Shown piece after piece: positions 21,242 to 30,590 of a stretch of DNA of 54,088 bases (position 1 is its first letter; each line of letters opens with the position of its first letter). The stretch is from Candidatus Eiseniibacteriota bacterium (GTDB taxonomy: Bacteria > Orphanbacterota > Orphanbacteria > Orphanbacterales > Orphanbacteraceae), in the NCBI GenBank assembly GCA_043809585.1, contig JBDROZ010000104.1, forward strand, positions 1 to 54,088, given 5' to 3'. The translations under genes were made by a program, and so were the position numbers. A model generated the notes under the pieces. The model searched no databases. It worked only from the letters and a program-made list of their open reading frames with translations, and was not told the DNA's origin.

Positions 21242-22789
21242 CTAATGCCGGAAGTGGCGCGTGCCGGTGAGCACCATCGAGAGGCCGAGCCTGTCCGCTT
21301 CGGCGATCACTTCATCGTCCCGGATCGATCCGCCCGGCTGGACGAGCGTCGTGACACCCGCCTCGTGCGCTTTTTCCACGCTGTCCGGAAAGGGGAAGAA
21401 ACCGTCCGAGGCGAGAGCGGATCCCCTCGGGTCGTGGCCGTGGGCCTTCGCTTTCTCCACGGCGATCCAGGTCGAGTCGACGCGGCTCATCTGGCCCGCG
21501 CCGATGCCGATCGTCTTCCCCCCCTTCGCGAGAACGATGGCGTTCGACCGGACGTGCTTCGCCACCTTCCACGCGAACCGGGCATCCCTCTCCTCGTCCG
21601 GCGCCGGCGGGCGTTTCGTCTTCACCTCCCACCCTTCACCCCCCGCGCCGGGCGGATCGCCCTCCTGCACGAGAAGGCCGTCGAGGATCACCTTCACCTC
21701 CCGGCCGGGACCGGGGTCGGGGCGGCCCGCGACCGTCACGAGCCGGAGGTTCTTCTTCTTGCCGAGAAGGGCGAGGGCTTCTTCGGCGAAATCGAGGGCG
21801 AGGATCACTTCGAGGAAGAGGGGCTTCAGCTCCGCGGCGAGGGGGCCTTCCACGGGGCGGTTGATCGCCACGATCCCGCCGAATGCGGAGACCGGGTCGG
21901 ATGCGAGGGCCGCCCGGAAAGCCGTCAAGAGGTCGTCCCCGACCGCCGCGCCGCACGGATTGCCGTGCTTGATGACCGCGGCCGCCGGTCCGTCGAACTC
22001 GAGGATGAGCCGCCACGCCCCGTCCGAGTCGGCGAGGTTGTTGTACGAAAGCTCCTTTCCCTGAAGCGCTTCGAAGCGGTGGGAGGAGCCGGCCCGGTCG
22101 TACCAGGAGGCCTTCTGGTGCGGGTTCTCACCGTAACGAAGGCCGCTGCGAAGTCGTCCGGCGAGGTGGAAACTTTCCGGAAGATGACCGTTCCCCGTCC
22201 CCTCGAACCAGGCGAGGATCCGCTCGTCGTAATCGGCGACGTAGCGGAATGCCTCGATGGCAAGGCGCCGCCGGTACTCGAGGTCGAGCCCCCCCGGCGA
22301 GGCGAGGCGCTCGATGAACTCCTCGTACTGGCCGGGATCGTGGAGCACGGCGACACTCTCGAAGTTCTTCGCCGCCGCCCGGAGGAGCGAGGGGCCGCCG
22401 ATGTCGATCGACTCGATCGCCTCCGCCTCCGTGACGCCCGGCCGCGCCACGGTCCGGGCGAAGGGGTAGAAGTTCACGACCACCAGATCGATGGCGGCGA
22501 TGCCGCGGGTCTTCATCTCCGCCCGGTCCGATTCGAGGGCGCGCCGTCCGAGGATGCCCCCGAAGACGTTCGGATGAAGGGTGCGGACCCGCCCGCCGAG
22601 CATCTCCGGAAACCCGGTCACGCCGTCGATCTCGGTGACGGGGACCCCCCCGTCCCGGAGGAGCTTCGAGGTCCCTCCGGTGGAGACGATCTCCGTCCCG
22701 CGCCCGGTGAGCGCCTTCGCGAAGGGGACGGCCCCCTCCTTGTTCGACAGGGAGACGATCGCCCGCCCGATCCCGCGGATCCCTTCCAT
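21242..22789 (-). CDS. purH: Bifunctional AICAR formyltransferase/IMP cyclohydrolase
   Basis: GRVRTLHP, IDIGGPS, LRYGENPHQ, KHGNPCG, RHFRH. Confidence 0.96.
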   Translation of the reverse strand: MEGIRGIGRAIVSLSNKEGAVPFAKALTGRGTEIVSTGGTSKLLRDGGVPVTEIDGVTGFPEMLGGRVRTLHPNVFGGILGRRALESDRAEMKTRGIAAIDLVVVNFYPFARTVARPGVTEAEAIESIDIGGPSLLRAAAKNFESVAVLHDPGQYEEFIERLASPGGLDLEYRRRLAIEAFRYVADYDERILAWFEGTGNGHLPESFHLAGRLRSGLRYGENPHQKASWYDRAGSSHRFEALQGKELSYNNLADSDGAWRLILEFDGPAAAVIKHGNPCGAAVGDDLLTAFRAALASDPVSAFGGIVAINRPVEGPLAAELKPLFLEVILALDFAEEALALLGKKKNLRLVTVAGRPDPGPGREVKVILDGLLVQEGDPPGAGGEGWEVKTKRPPAPDEERDARFAWKVAKHVRSNAIVLAKGGKTIGIGAGQMSRVDSTWIAVEKAKAHGHDPRGSALASDGFFPFPDSVEKAHEAGVTTLVQPGGSIRDDEVIAEADRLGLSMVLTGTRHFRH

Positions 22790-22891
22790 GACGCTGTCGT
22801 CCTCTCCCCCGGCGGCGCCGGGAACCACCGGGATCGGGCGGCGCCGACATCCCCGGCTCCGGATCTCGTCTCTTCCTTAGCCTGGCTGCCG

Positions 22892-23067
22892 GAACTCGCT
22901 TCAAAATCCCTTCCTGCTGCGGCCGGCTTCAGGGACGGCCCGCTTCGTCCTCGGGCGAGAATGTCCTCTACGGCCCTCCAGGGCCGCCTCCGGGCATTCT
23001 CGCCCTCGATCCTCGCCGTCCGTCCCTTCGCTCACCTTCGCGGCGATAGGGGTCTTCGAATGAGTTC
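22892..23067. repeat. ~176-nt imperfect fold-back element (MITE-like) between purC and purH
   Basis: Nested inverted segments GAACTC/GAGTTC, AGGGACGG/CCGTCCCT, GGGCGAGAATG/CATTCTCGCCC, CGGCCCT/AGGGCCG; abuts the purC stop codon. Confidence 0.6.
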
Positions 23068-23948
23068 TACGAAGTCAGAATCTGGAGGATCTCGCGGTAG
23101 CGCCCGATCGTCGCCTCCACCACGCCCGCCGGCAGCTCCGGCGCCGGTTTCTCCCCCTTCCAGCCGATGCCGAGAAGATACTCCCGCACGAACTGCTTGT
23201 CGTAACTCTCCTGGGGCTCGCCGGCCCGGTACCGGTCGGCCTTCCAAAAGCGGGAGGAGTCGGGCGAGAGCGCCTCGTCGACGAGGTGGATCGTTCCGTC
23301 GATCACTCCGAACTCGAACTTCGTGTCGGCGAGGAGAATACCACGGGCTTCGGCGTGGCGCGTCGCGGAATCGAAGAGATCGAGGGAAAGGTCGCGCAGT
23401 TTCGCCGCCCTCTTCCGGCCGAGGCCCTCCGCCATCGCCTCGAAGGAGACGGGCCGGTCGTGGCCGTCGTCGGTCTTCGTCGAAGGAGTGAAGATCGGCT
23501 TGGCGAGCCGCTCGGAGAGGACGAGCCCGGCGGGCAGGTCGACGCCGGAGACGGAGCCGGTCTCCCGGTAGTCCTTCCACCCCGAGCCGGCGAGGTATCC
23601 GCGCACGACGCATTCGTAGGAGAAGACATCCCCCCTCTTCACGAGCATCGATCGCCCCTCGAGTTCCGCCGAGGCCCCGTCGAAGGGGGACGGGTACTTC
23701 GACGGGTCGGTGGTGATCTTGTGGTTCGGCACGATGCCGGCGAGGTGGTCGAACCAGAAGGAGGAGATCGTGTTCAGCACTCTTCCCTTCCCCGGGATCA
23801 GGGTGGGAAGGACGCAGTCGAAGGCGGAAATCCGGTCGGAGGTGACGAGCAATATCGAATCGCCCAGGAAGAAGAGGTCCCGGACCTTGCCGCTCCGGTC
23901 CGGCTTTCTTCCCGCCACCACCGCCTGCATGAGACCGGGTTCGTTCAC
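23067..23948 (-). CDS. purC: SAICAR synthetase
   Basis: SGKVRDL, SDRISAFD, ECVVRGYLAGSG, ADTKFEFG, PDSSRFW, SYDKQ; GTG start overlapping the purN stop. Confidence 0.95.
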   Translation of the reverse strand: MNEPGLMQAVVAGRKPDRSGKVRDLFFLGDSILLVTSDRISAFDCVLPTLIPGKGRVLNTISSFWFDHLAGIVPNHKITTDPSKYPSPFDGASAELEGRSMLVKRGDVFSYECVVRGYLAGSGWKDYRETGSVSGVDLPAGLVLSERLAKPIFTPSTKTDDGHDRPVSFEAMAEGLGRKRAAKLRDLSLDLFDSATRHAEARGILLADTKFEFGVIDGTIHLVDEALSPDSSRFWKADRYRAGEPQESYDKQFVREYLLGIGWKGEKPAPELPAGVVEATIGRYREILQILTS

Positions 23949-24577
23949 GGGGCCGCTCCTTTCTCTTTCCAGACGACGCGTCTTCCTCTGATGACGAACG
24001 AGCGGGTGAGGATCCTCCGGACCGTTTCCGGGTAGATCCGGTGCTCCCGCTCCAGAATGCGCGCGGCGAGGCTCTCCTCCGTATCCCCCTCCTTCACGGG
24101 GACCGCCTCCTGCATGAGGATCGGCCCCGAGTCGACGCCGGCTTCGACCAGGTGGGTGGTGCAGCCGGCGACGCGTACGCCGTGCTCGAAGGCCTGGCGC
24201 TGCGCGTGAAGGCCGGGAAAGGACGGAAGGAGGGAGGGGTGGATGTTCAGGACGCGGCGGGGAAAAGCGTCCAGAAACCGGGGGGAGAGGATCCGCATGA
24301 ATCCGGCGAGACAGACGAGCTCCGCCCCCCGGGCCCGGACCTCCTCCGCCATACGGTCTTCCGCCTCCGGCGCGACCCGGGCCCGCTTCGGCCCCGGATG
24401 GATGAACAGGGCATCGATCCCGGCGGCACGGGCGCTCGCCAAGGCCGGGGCCTCTTCGTTGTCGGAAAGGACGAGGGCGACGCGGGCCGGAAAGCCCGGC
24501 GCCTCGGCCGCGCCCATGAGGGCGAGCATGTTGCTCCCCCGCCCGGAGGCGAGGACCGCCACCGGCGTCTTCGCCAC
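23945..24577 (-). CDS. purN: Phosphoribosylglycinamide formyltransferase
   Basis: SGRGSN, LAGFMRIL, NIHPSLLP, VDSGPI. Confidence 0.96.
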   Translation of the reverse strand: MAKTPVAVLASGRGSNMLALMGAAEAPGFPARVALVLSDNEEAPALASARAAGIDALFIHPGPKRARVAPEAEDRMAEEVRARGAELVCLAGFMRILSPRFLDAFPRRVLNIHPSLLPSFPGLHAQRQAFEHGVRVAGCTTHLVEAGVDSGPILMQEAVPVKEGDTEESLAARILEREHRIYPETVRRILTRSFVIRGRRVVWKEKGAAP

Positions 24578-25864
24578 CTACTCCTCCTCTCCCGGTTCGA
24601 AGAGGAACCGGAGCGAGAAGAGGAGCGACGTGCGGCCGTCCTCGGGGCTGAGGAGGTCGCTGTTGGCGATCGCCCCGTCGACCATGAGGTAGGGTGTCAG
24701 CCACCAGCCGGCGCCGAACGTGAGAAAGTACTCGTCGGCGTCCATAAGGGTGCCGCTCCTCTCGACGTCCCGGAGCGCCGCGGCGTAGCCCCCCTCCGGC
24801 TCCTTCGCCGGATCGAAGAGGGTGAAGAAGCCCCCCCGGAGGACGAGCCGCTCCGACTGGTCCCATTCGGCGCCGACGCCGATCTGCACGACCGATTCGT
24901 AGTCTCCTTCGACGCCGCTCCAGTGCTGGAACTCGGCGTCCGCGGCGAAGCGGAGCGTCCGGGACCAGTAGTAGGCGGCGCCGGTCCGGATCGTGAGCGG
25001 GACTTCGTCGCCCACGATCGAGGTGCGCGTGGCGAGGCCGTTCGGCCACTCGTCGATCTGGTGCACGCTCGTCAGGTCGGTCCCCGTGTTCACCACGAGG
25101 CCGCCGTCGAGCTTGTCCGAGAGACGGTGATAGAGGCCGGCGCTGAAGTGGAGGCTGATGTCGTTCGTCGTCGCCTCGGCGTCGTACCAGCCGCTGGTGT
25201 CCGCACGGGTGTTCCCGTCGGGAGGCCCCGAGATTCCCCACTGATAGTCCAGTGACTTGAACACCTTCTTCCGGTCGACCCAGAAGGCGATCCCGAAGGA
25301 GGTGTTCGGCGATCCCTTGTAGCCCGTCGCGATTCCGAAGGACTGGATCTTCACCCGGTCCTGGTAGTCGAGGATCGTGCTGTCCGTGACGTCCGCGGCC
25401 CCTTTTCCCGGGGCGAACGCGCCGTCCGGCGTCGGCTTGGTTCCCCCCTCCGGCGGCCGCCCGAAAAGGTAGCCCCGGAGATCGTGGTCGTACTTCGTCG
25501 CCTCGAGAATGGCGAAGCTGAACCCCCCCGCGTCGGGAAACCGAATGCCCACGAAGTTGATGTTCCCCCGGTCGTGGTCGGAGAGGCGATTCAGGCCGCC
25601 GTCGGTCTCGAAGGTCGGGCCGGTCACGAAGTTCCCCTCGAGCATGAACTCGAGCTGCCCCGTCCAGGGGAGGAGCGCCGGATTGTAATACGCGCTCGCC
25701 GCGCCGCCGGGGAGGGCGGCGTGCCCGCCCCCGGCGCCGAGGTAGCGGGCGCCGACGGGAAGGAACTCGGACTGGAGGAACCGCCCCTGGGCTTCGCTCC
25801 CTTCCGGCGTGAGCGGAAGCAGAAGGGCCGCGAAGAAGGCGATGCGAAGGATGGGCTGTGCCAT
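24578..25864 (-). CDS. Outer-membrane beta-barrel, FadL/PorV-like
   Basis: Signal peptide; VGARYLGAGG...SAYYNPALL plug motif; alternating amphipathic strands; C-terminal FSLRFLF. Confidence 0.65.
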   Translation of the reverse strand: MAQPILRIAFFAALLLPLTPEGSEAQGRFLQSEFLPVGARYLGAGGGHAALPGGAASAYYNPALLPWTGQLEFMLEGNFVTGPTFETDGGLNRLSDHDRGNINFVGIRFPDAGGFSFAILEATKYDHDLRGYLFGRPPEGGTKPTPDGAFAPGKGAADVTDSTILDYQDRVKIQSFGIATGYKGSPNTSFGIAFWVDRKKVFKSLDYQWGISGPPDGNTRADTSGWYDAEATTNDISLHFSAGLYHRLSDKLDGGLVVNTGTDLTSVHQIDEWPNGLATRTSIVGDEVPLTIRTGAAYYWSRTLRFAADAEFQHWSGVEGDYESVVQIGVGAEWDQSERLVLRGGFFTLFDPAKEPEGGYAAALRDVERSGTLMDADEYFLTFGAGWWLTPYLMVDGAIANSDLLSPEDGRTSLLFSLRFLFEPGEEE

Positions 25865-25957
25865 GAAGACCCTTTCGTCTCGGGGGCCCGGATCCGGCGG
25901 CGGAACCGTGGCCGTGAGCCGTTCGCGTTTTTGCAGTTACGAGCGATCGTCGCCGTG

Positions 25958-25987
25958 ACTATAAGAAGACAATCCCCGGGCTGTCAA
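25958..25987 (-). promoter_or_regulatory. Putative sigma-70 promoter for the barrel-purN-purC operon
   Basis: TTGACA-N18-TATAGT on the minus strand. Confidence 0.55.
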
Positions 25988-26052
25988 CCCGCTCGGCGGG
26001 GGAGGAGGGAGGTCCCGGAGGCGGGCCGTGTAAGGGCCTCCCCCTTTCGGGG

Positions 26053-26081
26053 TTGACGGGTTCGGAGCCTGGTGATATGTT
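26053..26081 (+). promoter_or_regulatory. Putative sigma-70 promoter for rpsT
   Basis: TTGACG-N17-TATGTT with extended -10 TG; AGGAG RBS before the ATG at 26121. Confidence 0.55.
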
Positions 26082-26120
26082 TCAGTTTCTGTAGTCGGTA
26101 ATACCAATAGGAGATCTTGC

Positions 26121-26384
26121 ATGCCCCATCACAAATCGGCGAAGAAGCGGCTTCGCACGAACGAGAAGAAGAACACCGTGAACCGGGCCTCCCGGTCGAC
26201 CATTCGCACGCTCACCCGCAAGGTGGACGAGGCGAAGACGCCCGAGGAGGGCCGTGAGGCTCTCGGTCGTCTCCTGCCGCGGCTCGACAAGGCGGTGAAG
26301 ACCAATCTCATGCACAAGAACACGGTGGCTCGGAAGAAGTCGCGGGTCCAGAAGCTCGTGAACAAGCTCGGCGCGACCGAGTAG
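26121..26384 (+). CDS. rpsT: 30S ribosomal protein S20
   Basis: MPHHKSAKKRLRTNEK...LDKAVK...HKNTVARKKSR. Confidence 0.95.
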   Translation: MPHHKSAKKRLRTNEKKNTVNRASRSTIRTLTRKVDEAKTPEEGREALGRLLPRLDKAVKTNLMHKNTVARKKSRVQKLVNKLGATE

Positions 26385-26411
26385 CCCCCCCTCACCGAGG
26401 ACGACATCACG

Positions 26412-26442
26412 CCCGCCGGGCCTCCCCGGCGGGTTTTGTGTT
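26412..26442 (+). terminator. Rho-independent terminator after rpsT
   Basis: CCCGCCGGG-CCTC-CCCGGCGGG followed by TTTTGTGTT. Confidence 0.8.
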
Positions 26443-26548
26443 TCTGGAAAATGCCCATGGATCGTGAAACGCGCTCCCCGTGGTTCGGGCCGCGTGCGGC
26501 CCCGTACGGCGCACTCTCGCGCGTGGGATCTCGAGATTCCATGAAACA

Positions 26549-27340
26549 TCAAGGCGAGTCCGTCAGTCTTCGCTCGACGCGCCGGAGGATCTCGGCGACG
26601 AGGGCGTCCTCGTCGGACTTGGGGGGCGCCGTCGCGGCGGTGGTGGAACATCCGCCCCGCCCTCCGTGGGTGCAGGTCCCGCAGCCCCCGCACCCCCCCT
26701 CCTTCTTCGGCGGCGTGGGGCGGAGCCCGAGGAGCTTGGCCACCTCTTCCGGAGCGAGGGGTTCGACGCGGCCGAGCATCTTGGCGGTCAGCAGGGTCTT
26801 CGCGAAACTCTCGATCATCTCCATCCGGCGGAAGGCCTGCCAGATCTCCCCGCCGAGGGCGACGGCGCCGTGGTTCTTCAGAAGGAACGCGTCATGACTC
26901 TTCGCCGTGGGGAGGGCTTTCTCCGCCAGGTCCGCCTCCCCCGGCGTGCCGTACGGCGCGAGAGGGACGGACCCGACGGTGACGAGGATTTCGGGAAGGA
27001 CGCAGTCGGCGAGGGGGACGCCGGCGACGGCGAAACCGGTGGCCGTGGGGGGGTGGGCGTGGACGACGGCGTTCACGTCCGGGCGGGCGTGATAGATGCG
27101 GAGGTGGAGGTCCGTCTCCGTCGTCGGCTCCCGGTCCCCCGACACCCGGCGTCCCGAGCCGTCGACGACGACCAGGTCCCGGGTCCCCATCCTCCCCTTG
27201 CAGAGTCCGGCCGGCGTCAGCAGGAACCGGTCCCCCCCGAGACGGACCGAGAGGTTTCCCTCGGTGGAGGCGATGAGCCCCTTCTCGTAGAGTAGACGGC
27301 CCACTTCGACCATGTCCGTCGCTCGGGGGGAGGCGTTCAC
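26549..27340 (-). CDS. BMC-associated class II aldolase (fuculose/rhamnulose-phosphate aldolase family) with C-terminal encapsulation peptide
   Basis: EGNLS, TP.G, HAHP, NHG Zn motifs; C-terminal amphipathic helix EDALVAEILRRVERRL. Confidence 0.88.
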   Translation of the reverse strand: MNASPRATDMVEVGRLLYEKGLIASTEGNLSVRLGGDRFLLTPAGLCKGRMGTRDLVVVDGSGRRVSGDREPTTETDLHLRIYHARPDVNAVVHAHPPTATGFAVAGVPLADCVLPEILVTVGSVPLAPYGTPGEADLAEKALPTAKSHDAFLLKNHGAVALGGEIWQAFRRMEMIESFAKTLLTAKMLGRVEPLAPEEVAKLLGLRPTPPKKEGGCGGCGTCTHGGRGGCSTTAATAPPKSDEDALVAEILRRVERRLTDSP

Positions 27341-27633
27341 GGCGACTTCCGGTAGGCGGCCCGGCCTTCAAGGCGGATCTCGTCGACGACGCCCACCACC
27401 ACGGAGCGGACCGGGGCCCCTTCGAACCCGATGATCTCTCCCGCCGAGCGCCCCTCTTCGTTGACGAGAACCCGGTCCCCCGGTCCGGCGGCGACCGAGT
27501 CGAGGGCGATGAAGGTCTTCCCGGCGGGCTCCCCTTCGGGGGTCACCGGGCGGATCACGAGAAGGCGCCGTCCTTCGAGAGCGCGGTGTTTCACGGTGGC
27601 GACCATATCGCCGACCACGTCGCCGAGGATCAT
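27337..27633 (-). CDS. BMC pentamer (EutN/CcmL)
   Basis: MILGDVVGDMVATVKH...IALDSVAAGPGDRVLV...VVGVVD. Start trimmed from ORF 27337..27987. Confidence 0.92.
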   Translation of the reverse strand: MILGDVVGDMVATVKHRALEGRRLLVIRPVTPEGEPAGKTFIALDSVAAGPGDRVLVNEEGRSAGEIIGFEGAPVRSVVVGVVDEIRLEGRAAYRKSP

Positions 27634-27905
27634 GGCTCCACCGTCCGGTTCACCTCGTCCACGATGCCGAGGAGGGTGACGTCGCTCACCAGTTCGGGCC
27701 CGTTCCACGCCTTCGCCGCTTCCCGTTTCTCCACGAAGCAGACCCGGTCGCCGGGGCCCGCGCTCACCGTATCGATCGCGACGAGGGGATGGTCGTACGG
27801 CTCCCCCCTCTCGTCCTCGGGCTGGACGAGGAGGAGCCTCTTGCCGGCGAGGCTCTCCACCTTCATGGTGCAGACCACCGTGCCGAGAACGCGGCCGAGC
27901 CTCAT
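27630..27905 (-). CDS. BMC pentamer (EutN/CcmL)
   Basis: MRLGRVLGTVVCTMK...VAIDTVSAGPGDRV...LGIVD. Confidence 0.92.
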   Translation of the reverse strand: MRLGRVLGTVVCTMKVESLAGKRLLLVQPEDERGEPYDHPLVAIDTVSAGPGDRVCFVEKREAAKAWNGPELVSDVTLLGIVDEVNRTVEP

Positions 27906-28468
27906 CGGAGCCACTCCTCCCGGATCTTCGCGAGGGTCTCCGCCGCCGGCGACGGGATGACGACCTCCCCGACCAGTTTCCCCCCATCCCGGGCCGCGGC
28001 CGCCCCGGCCGAGACGGCCGCCTCCACGTCGGCGAGGGGGCCGGTGATCACGAAGTAACCTTTCCCCCCCGTTCTCCGGGCGAGGTGCACACGGAGCAGG
28101 CGGACCGGGGCCGTCTTGGCGGCGGCGTCGGCCGAGAGGACCGTGCTCGCCGCGGCGGCGGTCTCCACCACGCCGATCGACTCGATCGGGCCGTCGTAGG
28201 ATGGGGGAGTCCGTCCGAGGAGGGGCAAGATCGACTCGTGGGCGGCGGGCAGGAAGACCCGGTCCACCAGCCTCTCCCCCGCCCGCTCCACGCCCTCCCG
28301 GAAAGAGGCCTCCACGGAGGCCACGTCGCCTCGGAAAAGGATCAGGTACTTCCCCGGGTCGAGGGGGCGGGACTCGAGAAGATCGACGCGGGCCTTCTTC
28401 GCCACGGCGTCGGCGACCCGGAACCCCGCGGCGATGGAGTCGAGCTCGAGGAGGGCGAGTGCTTCCAT
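27902..28468 (-). CDS. BMC trimer, tandem-domain shell protein (PduT/BMC-Ts-like)
   Basis: Two BMC domains: LELDSIAAG...ADAVAKK...PGKY and GVVET...ADAAAK...GGKG; the PduT Fe-S Cys position reads RPLDPGK (no Cys). Confidence 0.9.
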   Translation of the reverse strand: MEALALLELDSIAAGFRVADAVAKKARVDLLESRPLDPGKYLILFRGDVASVEASFREGVERAGERLVDRVFLPAAHESILPLLGRTPPSYDGPIESIGVVETAAAASTVLSADAAAKTAPVRLLRVHLARRTGGKGYFVITGPLADVEAAVSAGAAAARDGGKLVGEVVIPSPAAETLAKIREEWLR

Positions 28469-28469
28469 G

Positions 28470-29909
28470 TCAAACGATCCTGAACCGGTCGACCAGGACG
28501 CAGCGTCTCGGCCGGGTCCAGGTGCGCGCGTTCGTGAGGCCGTCGCCGGTGGGGCTCGCGATGGTGAAGCTCGTGAACCCCTCGCCGCCGAAACCGAGGC
28601 CGGCGTAGTTCGGGCCGTTCTTGACGAAGATGGAGGTGTTCATCACCCGGGCCATCTTGGAGAGCTTGTCGATGTTCCGGGAGTGCATGCTCGCCGTGTG
28701 GCGGAAGCCGTGCTCCGCCCGCCGCGCGAGATCGATTCCGGCGTCCACGTTCGGCACCCGGGCGAGGGGGAAGACGGGCATGAGCAGCTCGGTCCAGACG
28801 AAAGGGTGCTCCTGGGGGACCTCGACCAGCACCAGGCGCGGGTCGCCGTGGACGGCGACGCCGAGGGCGTCCAGGATGTACCCGGCGTTTTTGCCGACGA
28901 ATTCCTTCCGCACCACCGAGTGGGCGGCGGGGCCCCTGTCTTCGGCGAGGACGAGGGACTTCAGCTTGCCGATCATCGAGCCCTCCAGCTCGTACGCCCC
29001 CGCGCGACTCATCGCCTCCTTCAGGCGGTCCGCCACGGAGGCGACCGAGATCACCTCTTTCTCGTCGGTGCAGATGATATTGTTGTCGAGGGAGGCCCCC
29101 GCCACGAGGTCACGTCCCGCCTGATCGAAGTCGGCGGTCTCGTCTACCACCGACGGCGGATTCCCCGGCCCGGCCGCGACGACCCGCTTGCCCGACGCCA
29201 TCGCCTCCCGGACCACGGCCGGCCCGCCGGTGACGACGACGAGGCGGACATCCGGGTGCTTCATGAGGGCTTGGGCGGTTTCGATCGTCGGCTCCTCCAC
29301 GGCGGTGAAGACGAAGGGGGGCCCCCCCGCGGCGTGCATGGCGTCGTTCAGGATCGAGAGGCACCGGTTCGTGCATCCCTTCGCGCCGGGATGGGCGTTG
29401 AAGACCACCGTGTTCCCCGCGGCCACCATGCCGATGCCGTTGTTGATCACCGTTTCCGTGGGGTTCGTGGAGGGGACGATGGCGCCGATGACGCCGTAGG
29501 GTGCATAGTCGACCAGCGTCAGCCCGTGGTCGCCGGTGGTCGCCCACGGCTCGAGGATCTCCATCCCCGGCGTCTTGGTCGCGACAAGGAGGTTCTTCCT
29601 GATCTTGTCCTCGACCCGGCCCATGCCAGTCTCGGCCACCGCCTGCTCGGCGAGAGAGGGGGCCGCCTCGGCGGCCGCCCTGCGGGCCGCTTCGACCATC
29701 TTCTTCCGTGTTTCCAGGGGGACCGAGGAGAGTTCGAGGAACGCCTCGCCGGCGGCGCGAACCGCCGAGTCGAGGTCCCCGAAGACGCCCGTGCGGGTTC
29801 GGGCGGGGGACGGCGGGGGCGGGGAGAGGGTCGCGGCGGGCTCCCCTTCGAGACGGGCGATCACCCGGTCCACGATGGTGTCGATGTACCGGTCGCTCCG
29901 GTCGTCCAT
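28470..29909 (-). CDS. CoA-acylating aldehyde dehydrogenase (EutE/PduP family) with N-terminal encapsulation peptide
   Basis: ETGMGRVEDK, PSTNPTET, AGPGNPP, DNNIICTDEKE, TIASPTGDG; N-terminal IDTIVDRVIARL helix plus Pro linker. Confidence 0.92.
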   Translation of the reverse strand: MDDRSDRYIDTIVDRVIARLEGEPAATLSPPPPSPARTRTGVFGDLDSAVRAAGEAFLELSSVPLETRKKMVEAARRAAAEAAPSLAEQAVAETGMGRVEDKIRKNLLVATKTPGMEILEPWATTGDHGLTLVDYAPYGVIGAIVPSTNPTETVINNGIGMVAAGNTVVFNAHPGAKGCTNRCLSILNDAMHAAGGPPFVFTAVEEPTIETAQALMKHPDVRLVVVTGGPAVVREAMASGKRVVAAGPGNPPSVVDETADFDQAGRDLVAGASLDNNIICTDEKEVISVASVADRLKEAMSRAGAYELEGSMIGKLKSLVLAEDRGPAAHSVVRKEFVGKNAGYILDALGVAVHGDPRLVLVEVPQEHPFVWTELLMPVFPLARVPNVDAGIDLARRAEHGFRHTASMHSRNIDKLSKMARVMNTSIFVKNGPNYAGLGFGGEGFTSFTIASPTGDGLTNARTWTRPRRCVLVDRFRIV

Positions 29910-29912
29910 GGC

Positions 29913-30206
29913 CTACCCGTCCTTCCGGTAGAGCACCTCCCCTCCCGCTTCGACGGTGTCGACGATGCCGACGATCACCGCGTCGACGGGACGGTTCTCT
30001 GAGACGGGTGTGAGACGGGCGGAGCTGCCCTGGGCGCAGAGGACGATCTCCCCTTCCCCGGCGCCGACCGCGTCGACGGCGACGAAGGTCGCTCCCGTCG
30101 GCTCCCGGTCAGGACCGACGACGCGGATGACGAGGAGCTTGAGGCCGCCGAGCCTCTCCGCCTTGCGCGTGGCGACGACGGTGCCGTCCACCCTTCCGAG
30201 TACCAT
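29913..30206 (-). CDS. BMC pentamer (EutN/CcmL)
   Basis: [15 protein letters not shown]...[12 protein letters not shown]...GSSAR...[10 protein letters not shown]. Confidence 0.94.
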   Translation of the reverse strand: MVLGRVDGTVVATRKAERLGGLKLLVIRVVGPDREPTGATFVAVDAVGAGEGEIVLCAQGSSARLTPVSENRPVDAVIVGIVDTVEAGGEVLYRKDG

Positions 30207-30230
30207 ACCCCTGGCCCCCTCTTCGACGGA

Positions 30231-30524
30231 CTACTTCGCTTCGGCCGCCGTCTTCCCGATGGGGAGCACGTCCTCGAGGTTGGCGTGGGGCCGCGGAATG
30301 ACGTGCACCGAGACCAGCTCGCCCACGCGGCTGGCCGCGGCGGCCCCCGCCTCCGTCGCGGCTCGGACCGCCGCCACGTCGCCCCGCACGATAGCGGTCA
30401 CGTACCCGCCGCCGATCCGTTCGTAGTGGACCAGTTTCACCTTCGCCGCCTTCACCATGGCGTCCGAAGCCTCCACCATGCCCACGAAACCACGGCACTC
30501 GATGAGTCCGAGCGCTTCGCCCAT
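30231..30524 (-). CDS. BMC hexamer shell protein (EutM/PduA-like BMC-H)
   Basis: [24 protein letters not shown]...GGGYV...RGDVAAV...HVIPRPH. Start trimmed from ORF 30231..31070. Confidence 0.96.
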   Translation of the reverse strand: MGEALGLIECRGFVGMVEASDAMVKAAKVKLVHYERIGGGYVTAIVRGDVAAVRAATEAGAAAASRVGELVSVHVIPRPHANLEDVLPIGKTAAEAK

Positions 30525-30590
30525 GATCCTCTCCTTCCCGAAGGTCCGGCCCGGGGGCCGGCGCGTTGCTCCAAGCCGATAGCTATGCGG

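Noticed and set aside
22790-23066. ZMP/ZTP or purine riboswitch upstream of purH
   Set aside because: Consensus motifs are absent on the coding strand; the region is a fold-back element instead.
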